Both the position numbers and the translations under genes were made by a program. A stretch of 64,000 nt of DNA from Epiperipatus broadwayi (Eukaryota; Animalia; Onychophora). The stretch's first letter is position 1. Each line of letters starts with the position of its first letter. The notes beneath the pieces are model-generated. The model searched no databases, was not told where the DNA came from, and was given only the letters and a program-made list of their open reading frames with translations. Positions 51,201 through 64,000 of this stretch are shown here, one piece after another. The stretch covers positions 21,018,001 to 21,082,000 of the forward strand of contig JAQFVV010000003.1 of NCBI GenBank assembly GCA_028023455.1. Direction: 5' to 3'.

Positions 51201-52850
51201 CTCTGGAAATGATTTATTTTGTATCTTTTATTAGTATGAATCTTTTTCTTGTAGCTGCCTTGAGATTTTTTAACTTTTGGAGTACAAAGTAAAAATGAAG
51301 AAATCTTATGCTACTATTTTTATAAGTTCTGAAGCTATGAATTATCTCAGGTAAGAAGTATTATATATGGTTTGATTGAGAATTTTGTGAGGAATACAAA
51401 GAAATTATCAATGAAAATGTAATTTTAAACTTAATTAATGATAAATTAGAAATTATGAACAAACAATAAAGTAATAATTTTTTTAGATATTGATATTTCC
51501 TTTTTTTTTCTTACTTTTTTAATAGTAATCACTACTTATCTTGGTCTTTTTTTCCTTAGTTTTTCTATTTTCTGTCAATATATACCATTTTTCTCTAACA
51601 TTATTAAAATTGAAGTTATTCTGAAATTGTGTCTCAAATCAGTTTTTTTTTTTAATTCAATATGGTGCCAAATACCCTTATATAGTTAAAGTACATTATA
51701 GTTCTTATTTACTGTACCAATACAAAAAAATAAAAAATTATAGAGATTTTTTTTATATATATTAAATATTATTTACCATGCACTAACCAGAAAAAAATAA
51801 TTGTTTCTTCAAAACAATTGGGGTTTTTAAATTTAACTTAAAATAAAATCATGGGGAGGGGGAGTCAAGAAATTAATTAGGTCAATCCCTATTTTTATAT
51901 CAAGGGATTAACTTAATTAAATTCTGCTCTCCATGCTTGTATTTCAAGTCAAATCTAAAAACTCACTTGTGGTTGAAAAAACAATTACTCTTTTCTTTTT
52001 AATGCACTGGTAATAGCATTTAATATATAAAAAAATATCTTTATTATTCCCTTTTTTAAGTAGTATTGATTATTTATAAACATTTATTTTATTATTTCTT
52101 TAAAAAAAAAAAAAAACTAATAAATAGCCACACATAATAAATTTCTATATTGTTTTTTTGTTGTTGTTGTTTTTAATTATTTTGTAAAAATAACTAAATA
52201 ATTAAAGTCAGCAAAAATATTAAGTTTTTGTTGTTGTTACAATTTATTCTTTAACAATAGTATTTCTAACTCGCTTGCAAAAGAAAGATTTAAATCACAC
52301 ATTCAGGTTCTTTAATTACAAATGGATTTGGAATTAAATCCAAATAATTAAGAAAAATTCCCATAATCCTTCCTCGATAACAGACGGTGGAAGCTTAATA
52401 TTTTGAAACACAGTATATAGTATTTACCTTTATCAGGTTTAAGATACAAAGTTTTTATTAGTGTTAGAAAATATTAATACAAATTTAGGAAATTAAAAAC
52501 ATTTACATAATTAACATTTTTATATAACTATATATATGCATTATATAAATTTTATATGTAAATAATAAATATGTTAATAAATTTACTGATGTATTATTAA
52601 ATAATTAGAGGATAAACAAAAATATATGTAAAAATAAGTTTATTTACAAAATTATATATGCATTTATACATCTATAATAAACTAATATTACTGTAGCAAA
52701 ATATGAGCAGTATAGAGAAAAGGGATCGTTTTCACATCAAGCGTACATATTACAGGCAGTAAGATTTAATTAACATTAAAACTGATACTAAGACAACAAT
52801 GTTACAAACCTGTTTTTCAAACTATTCAAACTTTGCGTATATATATATAT

Positions 52851-55081
52851 TGTAACGGAACGGACTTTTCCTGGTATGTAAATAGGTTGGTGAGGTCATC
52901 ACAGTTAATAACTAATTATATCTTTGTTATTTGTACCTATACATACCACACACACATTGATTTCATTCCTAGGAGAAGAGATATTAAGAACTAACTAAAC
53001 ATTAATGATATACCTATTTTACCTCAACCATGTCATATTTCATTTTCGTTATCCCGAGTTTCGAACCCATGGAGATTCCCATGATCATCTAATTCAGGTT
53101 ATATTAGTATCACTTGAAATATAGATAGGTGTAAACATGCGTATGTGTTTAGTAATAGATGTGGATGTGAAATTATTTGTACATAAATAAGATATTCATA
53201 AATATATGAGCAGATATGACTAATTGAAAGTTGACTATAGAAAAACACACCAAGAATCATCATTTAACATTTTAATAACTTTAATAATTATATTTACAGC
53301 GATTGATATTTTAACAAAAAAAAATTAATAGAAGATTATAAAACATTTAATTGGACATTTGTGTTTATTCTTTGATTATAGTTGGTTCTAAATATTATCC
53401 CAAACCCTGATCACTCAAAGAATAGCCATTCAATGTCCCTACTAACATAAATAAGATTTGTATCATGTATAGGATTACCATAATCATCTTTATTTTCTAT
53501 TACTTGAATTTCTTAACTTGTTTATTTTAACCAATTTTAGTGCCATAGTCATAATGTAGACAATTTTAACCAATTTTAGTGCCATAGTCATAATGTAGAC
53601 AAGGAAGATCATGTATGACATAGATAGTTAATTGAATATATTGAATTGTTTAACACAATTATCAGTATGAACAAACAAAGTAAAATGTATGTGTTGTAAG
53701 TATATAAATGTTTGTATTAAATACATATTAGGTAACTTCTTACCTTTTTCCTTTAATGATGATCGTGTTAGTATGCAATCAAGCACTCATCATACATTAT
53801 ATTTTATTTTGTTTACATTAAAGGTAAAATATTTCATTATGTTACAAACCAACACTGATATTATCCCTTTCTGCCCCTATATTAAAGCAAAAAAAATATT
53901 ATTATCAAATATGCAAATACATAAAGTAAATGATGTTAACTTTAACTTGGTTTTGAAGTTTATAAGGAAAAGTGTCCTAGTGAATCATTCTGGTAATCCA
54001 TGTTAATCCATTTCAAGTGTGAATAGTAATTCATAAGTGTTTTAGAACATCCATCAGGTAAGTTACCCTTGATAACCTTGGAATTTTTATTTTTAAATGG
54101 AAAGTAATAGGTTCCTTCCATTATGAATGGACTTAATGTTTCATAGTTTAGATATGGAGTGTTAGATCAATTCTATCCTGAATCTGATAAGTCACAGCTC
54201 CACGAATCATGACTTTCTTTCTGCAATGTAGCCTTTGCATTTCGCAATCTAGGTGTGTCTTTATTAATAATTATACTTTGCTTTAATGATTTATTTTGAG
54301 TGGAATAATGTTAATATTTCTTATATTATTGTATACTCGAGAATCTAGATATTGTGATCTATAACTGAGAATTACCGATATTTTGGAAATTTGAATACTT
54401 TAAGTTTTCCTGTGAAGGCTTTAACTTTGAATTCCTTATTTATTTAACTTTAATTCTCTAGGTTTACTCTCACTTTCTAGGATATTTAAAAGTTGGTTTC
54501 TAATAGTATTCCCACTCAAAATTGGTTGATGTTTCTCTTCGAATTTTAAATTTGAATACTCTGTGTAAAAATTTGTAGGTTTTTCAGCAGATAAGAATTT
54601 TTATTCTTTTTTGGAGATCATTGTTCAACTAAAGCAAATTTGATCATCATTTCAGTACATTGTTGATATCATTTTTAATGAATATTAATATAAATAATTT
54701 GTTAACAACAATAAAAAATTTATATAATATGTTTTTATTTTTTTTACTTTATTTTTAGTTTTTATTTCTTGATTGCATTCATTTATCCATCTTGTTTATT
54801 GTGAATTGTTATGTTGTGTTTGAGTCAAAACACATTTAACAGTAATAATGGTCAAAGGTCAGTTATCACATCTGTTTGATAATTTAATGTAAACATTTAT
54901 TTACAGTTTATTACATTGGAATTTAAAATGTGTGTTGTAATTAATGGTTTGTTAATTTGTGTGTTTTAATATTTACTGATCTAGCAATTAATAAATATGC
55001 TAATATTATGGATCTCGGATTTGGATTGGGTCACATAGTTAGTAATAGGTATTGGGATGAAATGTTAGGTTATCCATAACA
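52851..55081 (-). repeat. Probable 2.2-kb LTR (unpaired)
   Basis: Termini TGTAACGGAA and TGTTATGGAT form an imperfect inverted repeat; PPT CTGGGGGGATA abuts 55081 on the minus strand; (AT)n flank. No partner LTR to confirm. Confidence 0.4.
53525..53602. repeat. Perfect 39-bp tandem duplication
   Basis: ttttaaccaattttagtgccatagtcataatgtagacaa twice. Confidence 0.9.
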
Positions 55082-57400
55082 TATCCCCCCAGTAAAGATA
55101 TTAAAGATGGATTAAATATTTAATTCTTTAACTTTTGACCATTTCAGTGTTAGGTTAAGGTAAGTCCATGATTTTTATTTTTCTTGAGCAGTTAATGGTT
55201 TATTAAATTATTCATGTTTCTCAATATTAGTTTTAATCATGTTGTCAAATTATACTTGATCTTGATTAGATATAAAGGCTTCTTGTTTTGCTATCCAAAT
55301 ATATGTATACTCAGTATAGCTATAAAATAAATATAAATTCATATTTGGTTTATAAAGAATTCTTTATTCTTTCTATAACTTAAGAAGGTAGTTTTTTTCT
55401 TTAAATTTACCATGCTTCTCACTCATTTATAGCATTTTGTTACATGCCTCCATTCAATCCTTCTCTAATCCATGTGTTTTTATGAGCACAGGTATGGATT
55501 TATATAATAAAGTTGAGGTATATTTAGTTTGTTCTAATTACTTTCTTCTAAAAAAAATGTAGTTTCCTTTTGCAAAGAAATCTTGGCTTAAAATCTATAT
55601 GTAATTATTAGCCTGCTTTTATTCTTCTGTCAGGAGTATTTTCACACTCTATATCTTTATTAATATACTTGGTGTTATGAGGTCTAAGTTACTTATGGTC
55701 ATATTTATTATTTATATAAAGATCAACCAAAGATTCTATGGTGGAAGATCTGATTAGATGCCTCTAAGTTTTGTTTTAGATATCCTATAGCTTATTTAAG
55801 TATAGGTCTATTTAAAGGTACTAATCGTTTTCTTTGGTTTTGAGTCTTACTGGATTTTCTTAGGTATCATTTAAATGTGATAGTTGCCATTAATTTATTA
55901 ATGGAACAATGGGTTAAAGTAATCTGTCCCTGTTTCCACGATAATGGTATAATTCATTATGAGTTCCAGAAATAAAGCTATAGTTTATTTCTAAAAGTTC
56001 ATTTCTCAAATATATTTTATGATAAATTTCTATGTTGTGTGTTCTTCTCTTTTACATTTTCATCTTTTAATCTGATAAGTCGTAATACTAATTACATGAA
56101 TTCAAAGTCACATTTTGTGGATTTTTATTTATTCTTAAAATTATTTACTTATAAAAAAAAATGGGATTATACCATTTCTCGTAATTCAGTTTCCATATTC
56201 TGGGTCATAATCCTTTAGGTCCATTTTTATTATAAGCTTATTAAGCATTTACATTTGTACACTTAATAAATGTGAATAAGCCCTCATAGGTATTACATAG
56301 TTTATGGAACATAGTACTTTTTTGCTTTTTTGTATGTGTTTTGTAATTTCAAGTACTTCATTGATTGCTCTTTTGATTTTGATCATCTCTTCCCTTATAA
56401 AAAACTTAATATCTTAATTTACACTTAAGATAATTAAGCATGGTCATTTTATTTAAAGTTTCACAAATTTGATCATATTTGTGATACTTCTCATCTATAA
56501 ATGTAGCCTGATATGAAAGTATTCCATCCTGATAGCTGTCAATTAGTTTATGAACATCACCCCTAAAAAATATTTCAAATTTAATTTTATGATAAATCTC
56601 AATATATTGACCTGATTCCAGACATTCATCAATTTTATTTATCACTGATGTTTTTATCATGAAATCTTCACTAATATTTTTAGTATTTGAATTTATTTTC
56701 GTTTTTACAGAGTCATCAGCTAAACCATAATTAACTTCAGGTTCTTTGAGATTTAATTCAATTTAAATTTGGAATCATCACATATTTGTTTTATTTTGAT
56801 GACCATAGTATTTATTTTACCTTCAGTTTTCTTTTCAACTTTTTATATCTTGTTGGTAAAGTCAGTCTATATTTGAGACATTTCAGCTTTCAGCTCAATT
56901 TTTAAATTATCTAATTCTTTTGCTATGTTCCATGTTATACTATCTACCATTTGTTGTTGATCTTCTTTCATATCTGCTTTCATATTATCCATCTTTTTAC
57001 ATATATTTTTATTTTGGTATGCATTTGTTGTTGATCTTTATGCATCTTTTTAGATATATTTTCTATCTTAGTGGGCATTTTATTATCAATCTGGACGAGT
57101 ATTTGTTGTGTCAAAAACAACATTTGTTGAATGATCCATCATTAGCATTCCCTTTCCCTCCTCTTGGCTCATCTGGAAATTCTGTGGTTTCAGGGGCTTG
57201 GACATTTAATACTGAGATCTCCCTAGATACACCTAAACTCTGTTCTTTTTCTATATCCTTTAACATATTATCATCTATTTCTTCTCTAACCACTTCACTT
57301 TGTATTTCAAGTTCATTTTCTTTTTCACTATTTGTTTCTAATAGCAACATTTTAATTTGGCTTCTAGTAATCATGAATTTTCTAATACTTTATTTTAAAA
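55082..57400 (-). mobile_element. Gag-like internal remnant of an LTR retrotransposon
   Basis: ORF 57111-57374 starts MITRSQ (gag-like M.TRSQ start); ORF 56406-56660; PPT at 55082-55092. No RT or integrase recognised. Confidence 0.5.
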
Positions 57401-57740
57401 TTTCTTACATTACTATTAATTACTTTAACTTTTGAACTATAATAAAAATGTCTTATTATACTTTATGTCATAGAAATATTTATCATCATTATCACTTTTA
57501 CTATTCTTATCAAATATAATTTTACGTTCACTGGAATTGTTGTTTTATTTGACCTTTTTCTCTTATTATGTAATCTCTCTTTTTCAATGCAAGTTATGTT
57601 GTTGACTATCATATGTTTCATTTGTGTTTAAAATTCTTAGTAAATTTCTATTTTCAAGTTTAATCTATCATATCAAAAAAAAAATTATAAATATGTTTAT
57701 GTTTTATGATTAAAATATATTCAATTGCTAGTAAATTTGA

Positions 57741-57771
<31 letters not shown>

Positions 57772-57799
57772 TTCACTTATATATATATATATATATATA

Positions 57800-59400
57800 T
57801 ATATTTCACTTATTGCTATTTCTTTTAAAACCATTATTTTGTCTTTCTTATATAGTTTCTCCTGAATTGAATATGAAACATAAACAATTTAATCAACAAC
57901 TATATATTTAAATCATGAATTTATTTCCATCAAATCAACTTTAATTCAAAATTGAACTTTGTCAAGATGTCACATTAATTTAAAAATGTCACATGATTTA
58001 CTTATTATGTTACCACACTCTCTAGTGACCAATCCTAACCCTAAAAGTGTGTTTATATTTTTCAATTTTTATTTAATGCCCATTTTCCTCCCAACTTTAT
58101 TGAACCTTTTACTAAATTCATACATTTCTCTTTATTTTGTTATATATACATTGTCTTATACACTTTCCTTTATAATTTCTACAATATTTGATCACCTCAA
58201 TACTTTTTTTCGAATTTCATAACATGTCCTGTTTCTAAAAAATGGCAAAATGGCATTGACTTAATATCTCTCTTATGCATTGCTCTGTCATGCTCCTTAC
58301 CTCTTTCTATCTTACTTTTCTCTGATTGACCTATATATACCATCATACATCCCTTACACATAATTTTATAAACCATTCCTATCTTATCACTCCTATCATT
58401 TCTCATTTTTGCATTACTCAATAACTTTTTTAATGATTTATTATTTTTCTATGCTCTACCTATATTCTCATTCATTTTTTCTTTCCTATCATTCAGAATC
58501 TTATATACCTCCTTTGAATATAAAATAGAAATTCATTTCTTATTCTTTCTTTCATTTTTATTACTAATTTTCTTATATTCTCTTCTATTCCTCAATATAT
58601 TACTTATAACCCTACCATTATATCCATACCAATGTATTCCTTCTGGATCTGCAACTCTTGCTCCTTTGTCTCCTTTTATTCAATGTAAGCCTATTGTTTT
58701 TCTTTTTTATTTCTTTCAATACACTCATTTTCTGACACCAAGGTTGATAAGATATTAGATGTATCATTCCCATTACATTTTGTTCTTTATGCAATGGTTT
58801 ATCATAATTCCTCCAGTCTCATCCTTCTTCATTAATAATTCTAAATATTTCATTCCTCCTTCATTATTTTCTATTGTAAATTTAATAGCAGACATATTTT
58901 TATTTAATTCATTAAATGCTTTCATTATGATTCTTCTATTTCCTACTACTATTACATCATCTACATATCTATAGTATTTTATAATTTCCTCATTCTTAAT
59001 ATACTTTTTAATTACTCCCTGTTCAATTCAATCTACCATACTTGATGTCATAATCCCACTTATTGAACATCCCAATATTCATCCTTTCTCTATATTCCAA
59101 TATTCATTATTATATTTTACATACAATGTTTCACTAATTATTATTAATACCTTTTCTATTATTTTTATCCATTCCTTTGAAAGTTTCCCCTCATTTTTGA
59201 TGTCTTTTACCACAATTTCAATACTCTCCTTCCTAGACACACTTTGATACATTTTCTCTATATCAAATGATGCTATATTTCAATTCCTCCCTAATTTTAA
59301 CCATTTTTAATCCTCCTACTACATCCTCAGAATTTTTTATACAGTACTTTCTATATCCCATATTATCTGCAAGTTTTTTTATATATTACATCACAAATTT

Positions 59401-59477
<77 letters not shown>

Positions 59478-59492
59478 CCATCACTAATCTTA
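57800..59492 (-). mobile_element. Penelope-like element (family D), inverted arm
   Basis: GIY-YIG GMVYKIMCKGCMMVYIGQS (58197-58421) plus RT and thumb; reverse complement of 59726-61362. Confidence 0.9.
59405..59473. repeat. (TA)n expansion inside the PLE inverted arm
   Basis: The corresponding site in the forward arm is only ggatatatatt. Confidence 0.85.
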
Positions 59493-61362
59493 TATTTAAA
59501 TAAAGAAGATTATGAAGATAAAATTAGAAAGTACTTGTTGAAACAAGATTGTGAAAAAACCAAAGAATCCGAATAATTTAATTAAGTGTAAATATGTACA
59601 AATATAAAAAAGAATAAGAAAGACTAAATTGATTAATGATAATGAATATAAGTTGTTACATCCAACAGCATATGACCATCCTATAATGTTTGGAAAAATA
59701 AAAACCCACAAAGAGAATATGCCTGTAAGATTAATAATGGATTTCAATGGATATATATTAAAAGAAATATGTGTTGTAATATATAAAAACTTGCAGATAA
59801 TATGAGATATAGAAAATACGGTATGAAAAATTCTGAGGAAAGAGTAGGAGGGTTAAAATTGGTTAAATTAGGAAGGAATGGTAATATAGCATAATTTGAT
59901 ATAGAGAAAATGTATCAAAGTGTGTCTAGGAAGAAAAGTATTGAAAATTGTGGGAAGAAAAATCCAAAATGAGGAGAAATTTTCAAAGAAATGGATATAA
60001 ATAATAGAAGAAATATTAATAATAATTAGTGAAACATTGTATATAAAATATAATAATGAATATTGGAATATAGAGAAAAGATGGGTAATGGGATGTTCGA
60101 TAAGTGGGATTATGGTATCAAGTAAGGTAGATTGGATTGAATAGGGAGTAATTAATAAGTATATTGAGAATGGGGAAATTATGAAATACTACAGATATGT
60201 AGATGATGTAATAGTAGTAGGAAATAGAAAAAGCATAATGAAGGCATTTAATGAACTAAATAAAAATATGTCTAATATTAAATTTACAATAGAAAACAAT
60301 GAAGAAGAAATAAAATATTTATATTTATTAGTGAAAAGAGATGACAATGGAGAGATTAAGATAAACCATTGCATAAAGAATAAAAATGTAGTGGGAATGA
60401 TACATCTGAGATCTTATCAATCTTAGTGTTAGAAAATGGGGGTACTGAAAGGAGTAAAATAGAAAAGCGATAGGCTTACATTGAATGAAAAGGAGGTAAA
60501 TGAAAAAAAGTTGCAGATCCAGAAGGAATACATTGAATATGGATATAATGGTAGGGTTATAAGTACTATATTGAGGGATAGAAGAGGATATAAAAAAATT
60601 AGTAATAAAAATGAAAGAAAGAATAAGAAATGGATTTCTATTCCATATTCAAAGAAGATATATAAGATTGTGAATGATAGGAAAGAAAAAATGAATGAGA
60701 ATATAGGTATAGCATAGAAAAATAGTAAATCATTAAAAAAGTTAGTGGCTAATACAAAAATGAGAAATGATAGGAGTAATAAGATAGAAATAGTTTATAA
60801 AATTATGTGTAAGGGATGTATGATGGTATACATATGTCAGTCAGTGAAAAGTAAAATAGAAAGAGGCATGACAGAGCAATACGTATGAGAGATATTAAGT
60901 CAGGACCATTTTGTCATTTTTTAGAAACAGGGTATGTTATGAAATGTGAAAAAAGTATTGAGGTGATCAAATATTGTAGAAATTATAAAGAAAGAAAAGT
61001 GCATGAGACAATGTATATACAAGAACATAAAGAGAAATTTATGAATTTAGTAAAATGTTTAATAAAGTTGGGAGGAAAATGGGCATTAAATAAAAATAGG
61101 AGAGTATGAAACCATTTTTAGGGTTGGGATTGGTCAGTAGAGAGTGTGGTAAAAAATATGTAAATTGTCTGACATTTTTGAATTAATGTGACTCTTGACA
61201 AGGTTCAATTTTGAATGAAAGTTGATTTGATGGCAATAAATTTATGATTTAAGGATATAGTTGTCGATTAAATTGTTTATGTTTCATATTCAATTCAGGA
61301 GAAAGTATACAAGAAAGACAACATAATGATTTTAAAAGAAATACCATCAAGGGAAATATTTA
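59493..61362 (+). mobile_element. Penelope-like element (family D), forward arm: RT, GIY-YIG and pseudo-LTR
   Basis: MKYYRYVDDVIVV, IKFTIEN thumb, WISIPYS linker, IVYKIMCKGC GIY-YIG. Many stops. Confidence 0.9.
61191..61232 (+). ncRNA. Heavily decayed hammerhead in the PLE-D pseudo-LTR
   Basis: TTGACAA GGTTCA ATTT TGAAT GAAA GTTGAT TT GATG. Consistent with CpG decay of CTGACGA...GAAA GTCGAC TC (inference). Confidence 0.35.
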
Positions 61363-61446
61363 TAATCATGATTATAAAAATTGTTATAATGAATCAGAAC
61401 ATGGCTGAAATATCTGGTAATATATTATAAGAAGAGAAGTAAAGGA

Positions 61447-62945
61447 ATGGATCTCGAAATTGAGAGTACTAAAGGTAAGTGGAAGTTTTTATATAAACAA
61501 TAGGTAAAATAACTTTTAATTTGTTTAAAGAGTTATGGAATAATAACAAAAGAATTGAAGAAATAAAGTGGCAGTTAACATTTTAAAATAAATGTAAAAT
61601 TGAGAGGTTAGTACTTAGTTTGTGCAGAATTAAAATTTATAGTAAAAAAATTACTTCGAACAAAAAATTAATGTATAAGATACAAACAACAATATTAGAA
61701 TGGTTTATTAAAGAAAATTACTGGGAAATAAATAACTTAATGATAATTTATAAAAGAAATAAGGCAAGAATAAAAATAAAGGTTTTCATCAGACATGTTT
61801 TATTATATGAATAAATGGTTAGAAGAGCATAATGAATTCATTTAAAAAATAAGCTGAAAATAAAGTATGATAAGAAGTGGAAATAGAGAAAGTATAATGA
61901 TAAAAAGATATATGGAGAGAGAAATAATAAAAATGAAGAGAATAAAAATCAATATCATAGAAATGAAGGTAATAAATAATAAATTGGTAAATATATTAAG
62001 AAGTAAATTTTCAAATGACCAGATCAGAATGTTGGAGAAAGGACCAAAATATATACCATTTAAGGGTATGGACATTATAAGAAAACAGTGGTTATTATTA
62101 AAGCAGAAAATATTAAGGAAGAAGAAAACATTAATATGCAGCCAAAAATTAATAATGTAATTAATAGGAAGAATGGATATATAAATAAAAATGAGTGTAA
62201 AAATAAACAAACAATAAAGGACATTATAAAGAAAGTTAAGAAGGAAAATTTAGTTATTACTGTTGAAGATAAATAAAGAAAATTATAAAAATAAAATTAA
62301 AAAGAACTTGGTGAAACAAGATTTTGTGAAAAAAAAAAGAATGTGAGTAATTTAATTAAGTGTACATATATAAAAATATTACAAAGAATGAGAAAGACTA
62401 AATTGATTAATGATAATGAATATAAGTTATTATATCCAGCAGCATAAGAGCATCCTATTGTGTTTGGGAGAATAAAAATGCACAAAGAGAATATACCTGT
62501 AAGATTAATGATGGATTTCAATGAATATATATTAAAAGAAATATGTGATGTAATATATAAAAACTTGTAGATAACATGGGACATGTTAAGTGCTATATAA
62601 AAAATTCTGAGGAAGTAGTAGGATGGTTAAAAAAATTAAATTAAGGAGGAATGGTAATATAACATCATTTGATATAGAGAAAATGTATCAAAGTGTGTAT
62701 AGGAAGGAAAGTATTGAAAATTCTGGTAAGAAAGATCAAAAATGAGGGGAAATTTTCAAAGGAATAAATAAAAATAATAGAAGAGGTATTAGTAATAATT
62801 AGTGAAACATTGTATGTAAAATATAATAATGAATATTGAAATATAGAGAAAGGATGTATAATGGGATGTTCTATAAATGGTATTAAGGCATCAAGTATGG
62901 TAGATTGGATTGAACAGGGAATAATTAATATATATTGAGAATGGT
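61447..62945 (+). mobile_element. Third PLE-D unit in tandem: ORF N-terminus to mid-RT
   Basis: QLTF*NKCKIERLV (PLE N-terminal L.FL..C motif) and FSNDQIRMLEKGPKYIP (L.KG..F.P motif). 62270-62945 duplicates 59495-60170. Confidence 0.85.
61475..61530 (+). other. Putative 56-nt spliceosomal intron in the PLE ORF
   Basis: AAG|GTAAGT ... ttttaatttgtttaaAG|. Removal joins ATG 61447 in frame with the ORF at 61620. Confidence 0.6.
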
Positions 62946-62959
62946 GTGATTTTAAAGAA

Positions 62960-63850
62960 TCAAAAAGCAAAATAAATATGTTTTTTGTTGCTAGATAAAT
63001 GCAGAAAAAAGTGTTCAGAACAAACAAGTGATTTATATATAGTTTTTATTGATTTGGTTAAGATATTTGAATCAGTTAATAGAATAGGTATTTGTCATTG
63101 TTTGAAATTAGTTGGTTGTTCATTAAAATTTATTCATATTATACAGCTTCTGTATGATGGAATGAGAGGAGATGTTATTACTACAGGTAGAAAATCTAAA
63201 GTATTTAAAATAAAAATTGGTGTTAAACAAGTATGTATATTTGTTCTAACAATTTTGTAATTGTTTATATAAGACTTAATCAACCATGGTCCAAGATAAA
63301 TACAAGATTAATGATGGGTTTTTTTTAAATTGATTAAAAGTGAAACAATAACTTTTTAGGTTCTGCACTTACAATATCCTCATAATTGAGCTATTTTTGC
63401 CACTTCAAAAAGCAATTCATAGAATGTTCTTAATGTTTTGAATGCAACATAATAATGTTAAAAAACTCGAAGTTCTTTATTAATTATTAAAGAAAGACAA
63501 AATTTAATAACGTTTATCTTAGATGGTTATTTAATTGAGAATGTATATTTGTTTAAATACTTTGATAGTTTTATAAGAACAAGTATCGGCAGGAAGCGAA
63601 CCCGCTAACCCGGGACAACTGCTTGTAAGGCAGCTGTAGTGAACTTAGATATTGGATACAACACATACTCCAAGGTTCTGCTGGTTGTTTTTAACAACTT
63701 AAAAGATAGAGTATTTTATCACAAAGAAAAATTACTGCAATTATGTTATATGTAAATAGAGCTATTATTTTACCTAATTTATTGAATGGAAGCTTTATTA
63801 GTGCAATATAAAGGCATTAAATGTTTCATTTAAGGATGTTCAATAAATTT
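62960..63850 (+). mobile_element. RTE-clade LINE RT remnant
   Basis: CRKKCSEQTSDLYIVFIDLVKIFESVNR, GVKQ, LQY and LDG..IENV..FKYF motifs. Confidence 0.7.
63584..63644 (-). mobile_element. 5'-truncated copy of the tRNA-Val-like SINE
   Basis: cagctgccttacaagcagttgtcccgggttagcgggttcgcttcc matches 6640-6685. Confidence 0.7.
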
Positions 63851-64000
63851 TAAAAATACAATCGAAAAATGTAAAAATATTCAATATGTTTTTCAGCTTT
63901 CTACTGTATGATAGTATTGAGTACATTATTGTAAAATCAATGAACAATAAAAAAAAACTTTCTAAAAGGCAGCATGGTTTTCATGGAAGAGATAAGAGTT

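Noticed and set aside
56690-56725. Minus-strand CTGATGA...GAAA
   Set aside because: The intervening sequence cannot form stem II, and it lies in gag-like sequence.
1675-63260. Most ORFs in the supplied track as genes
   Set aside because: They are short and I/K/F/L/N-rich, often start at TTG or GTG, and are either TE fragments or antisense shadows of them.
1-64000. CRISPR array, rRNA or intact tRNA genes
   Set aside because: No regularly spaced repeat-spacer array or rRNA-like sequence. The only tRNA-like sequences are SINE heads without a complete acceptor stem.

Overview
Very AT-rich, CpG-depleted eukaryotic genomic DNA (invertebrate-like; taxon not determinable). The window is essentially a graveyard of transposable elements. 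I could not identify any host protein-coding gene with confidence, and saw no rRNA gene, intact tRNA gene or CRISPR array. Main content: (1) at least three Penelope-like retroelement (PLE) loci with RT (YVDD) and/or GIY-YIG remnants, one apparently keeping a 56-nt spliceosomal intron; (2) several short retroposon families carrying minimal type I hammerhead ribozyme (HHR) motifs, repeatedly inserted as head-to-head foldbacks with 12-16 bp target-site duplications (TSDs); (3) an 8.3-kb gag-only LTR retrotransposon with about 2.43-kb LTRs, one holding a Merlin-like DNA transposon and the other a pure (GAA)143 tract; (4) a second long-LTR gag-like remnant, a hAT MITE, a piggyBac transposase remnant, RTE/L1 LINE debris and a 100-bp tRNA-Val-like SINE; (5) two CpG-intact islands (about 4.0-5.4 kb and 26.1-29.2 kb) with unexplained gene-like signals. 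The most interesting signal is the shared architecture of five unrelated hammerhead-bearing families. One of these (family A) looks like a non-autonomous hammerhead SINE or retrozyme. All alignments, folds and identity estimates were done by eye.
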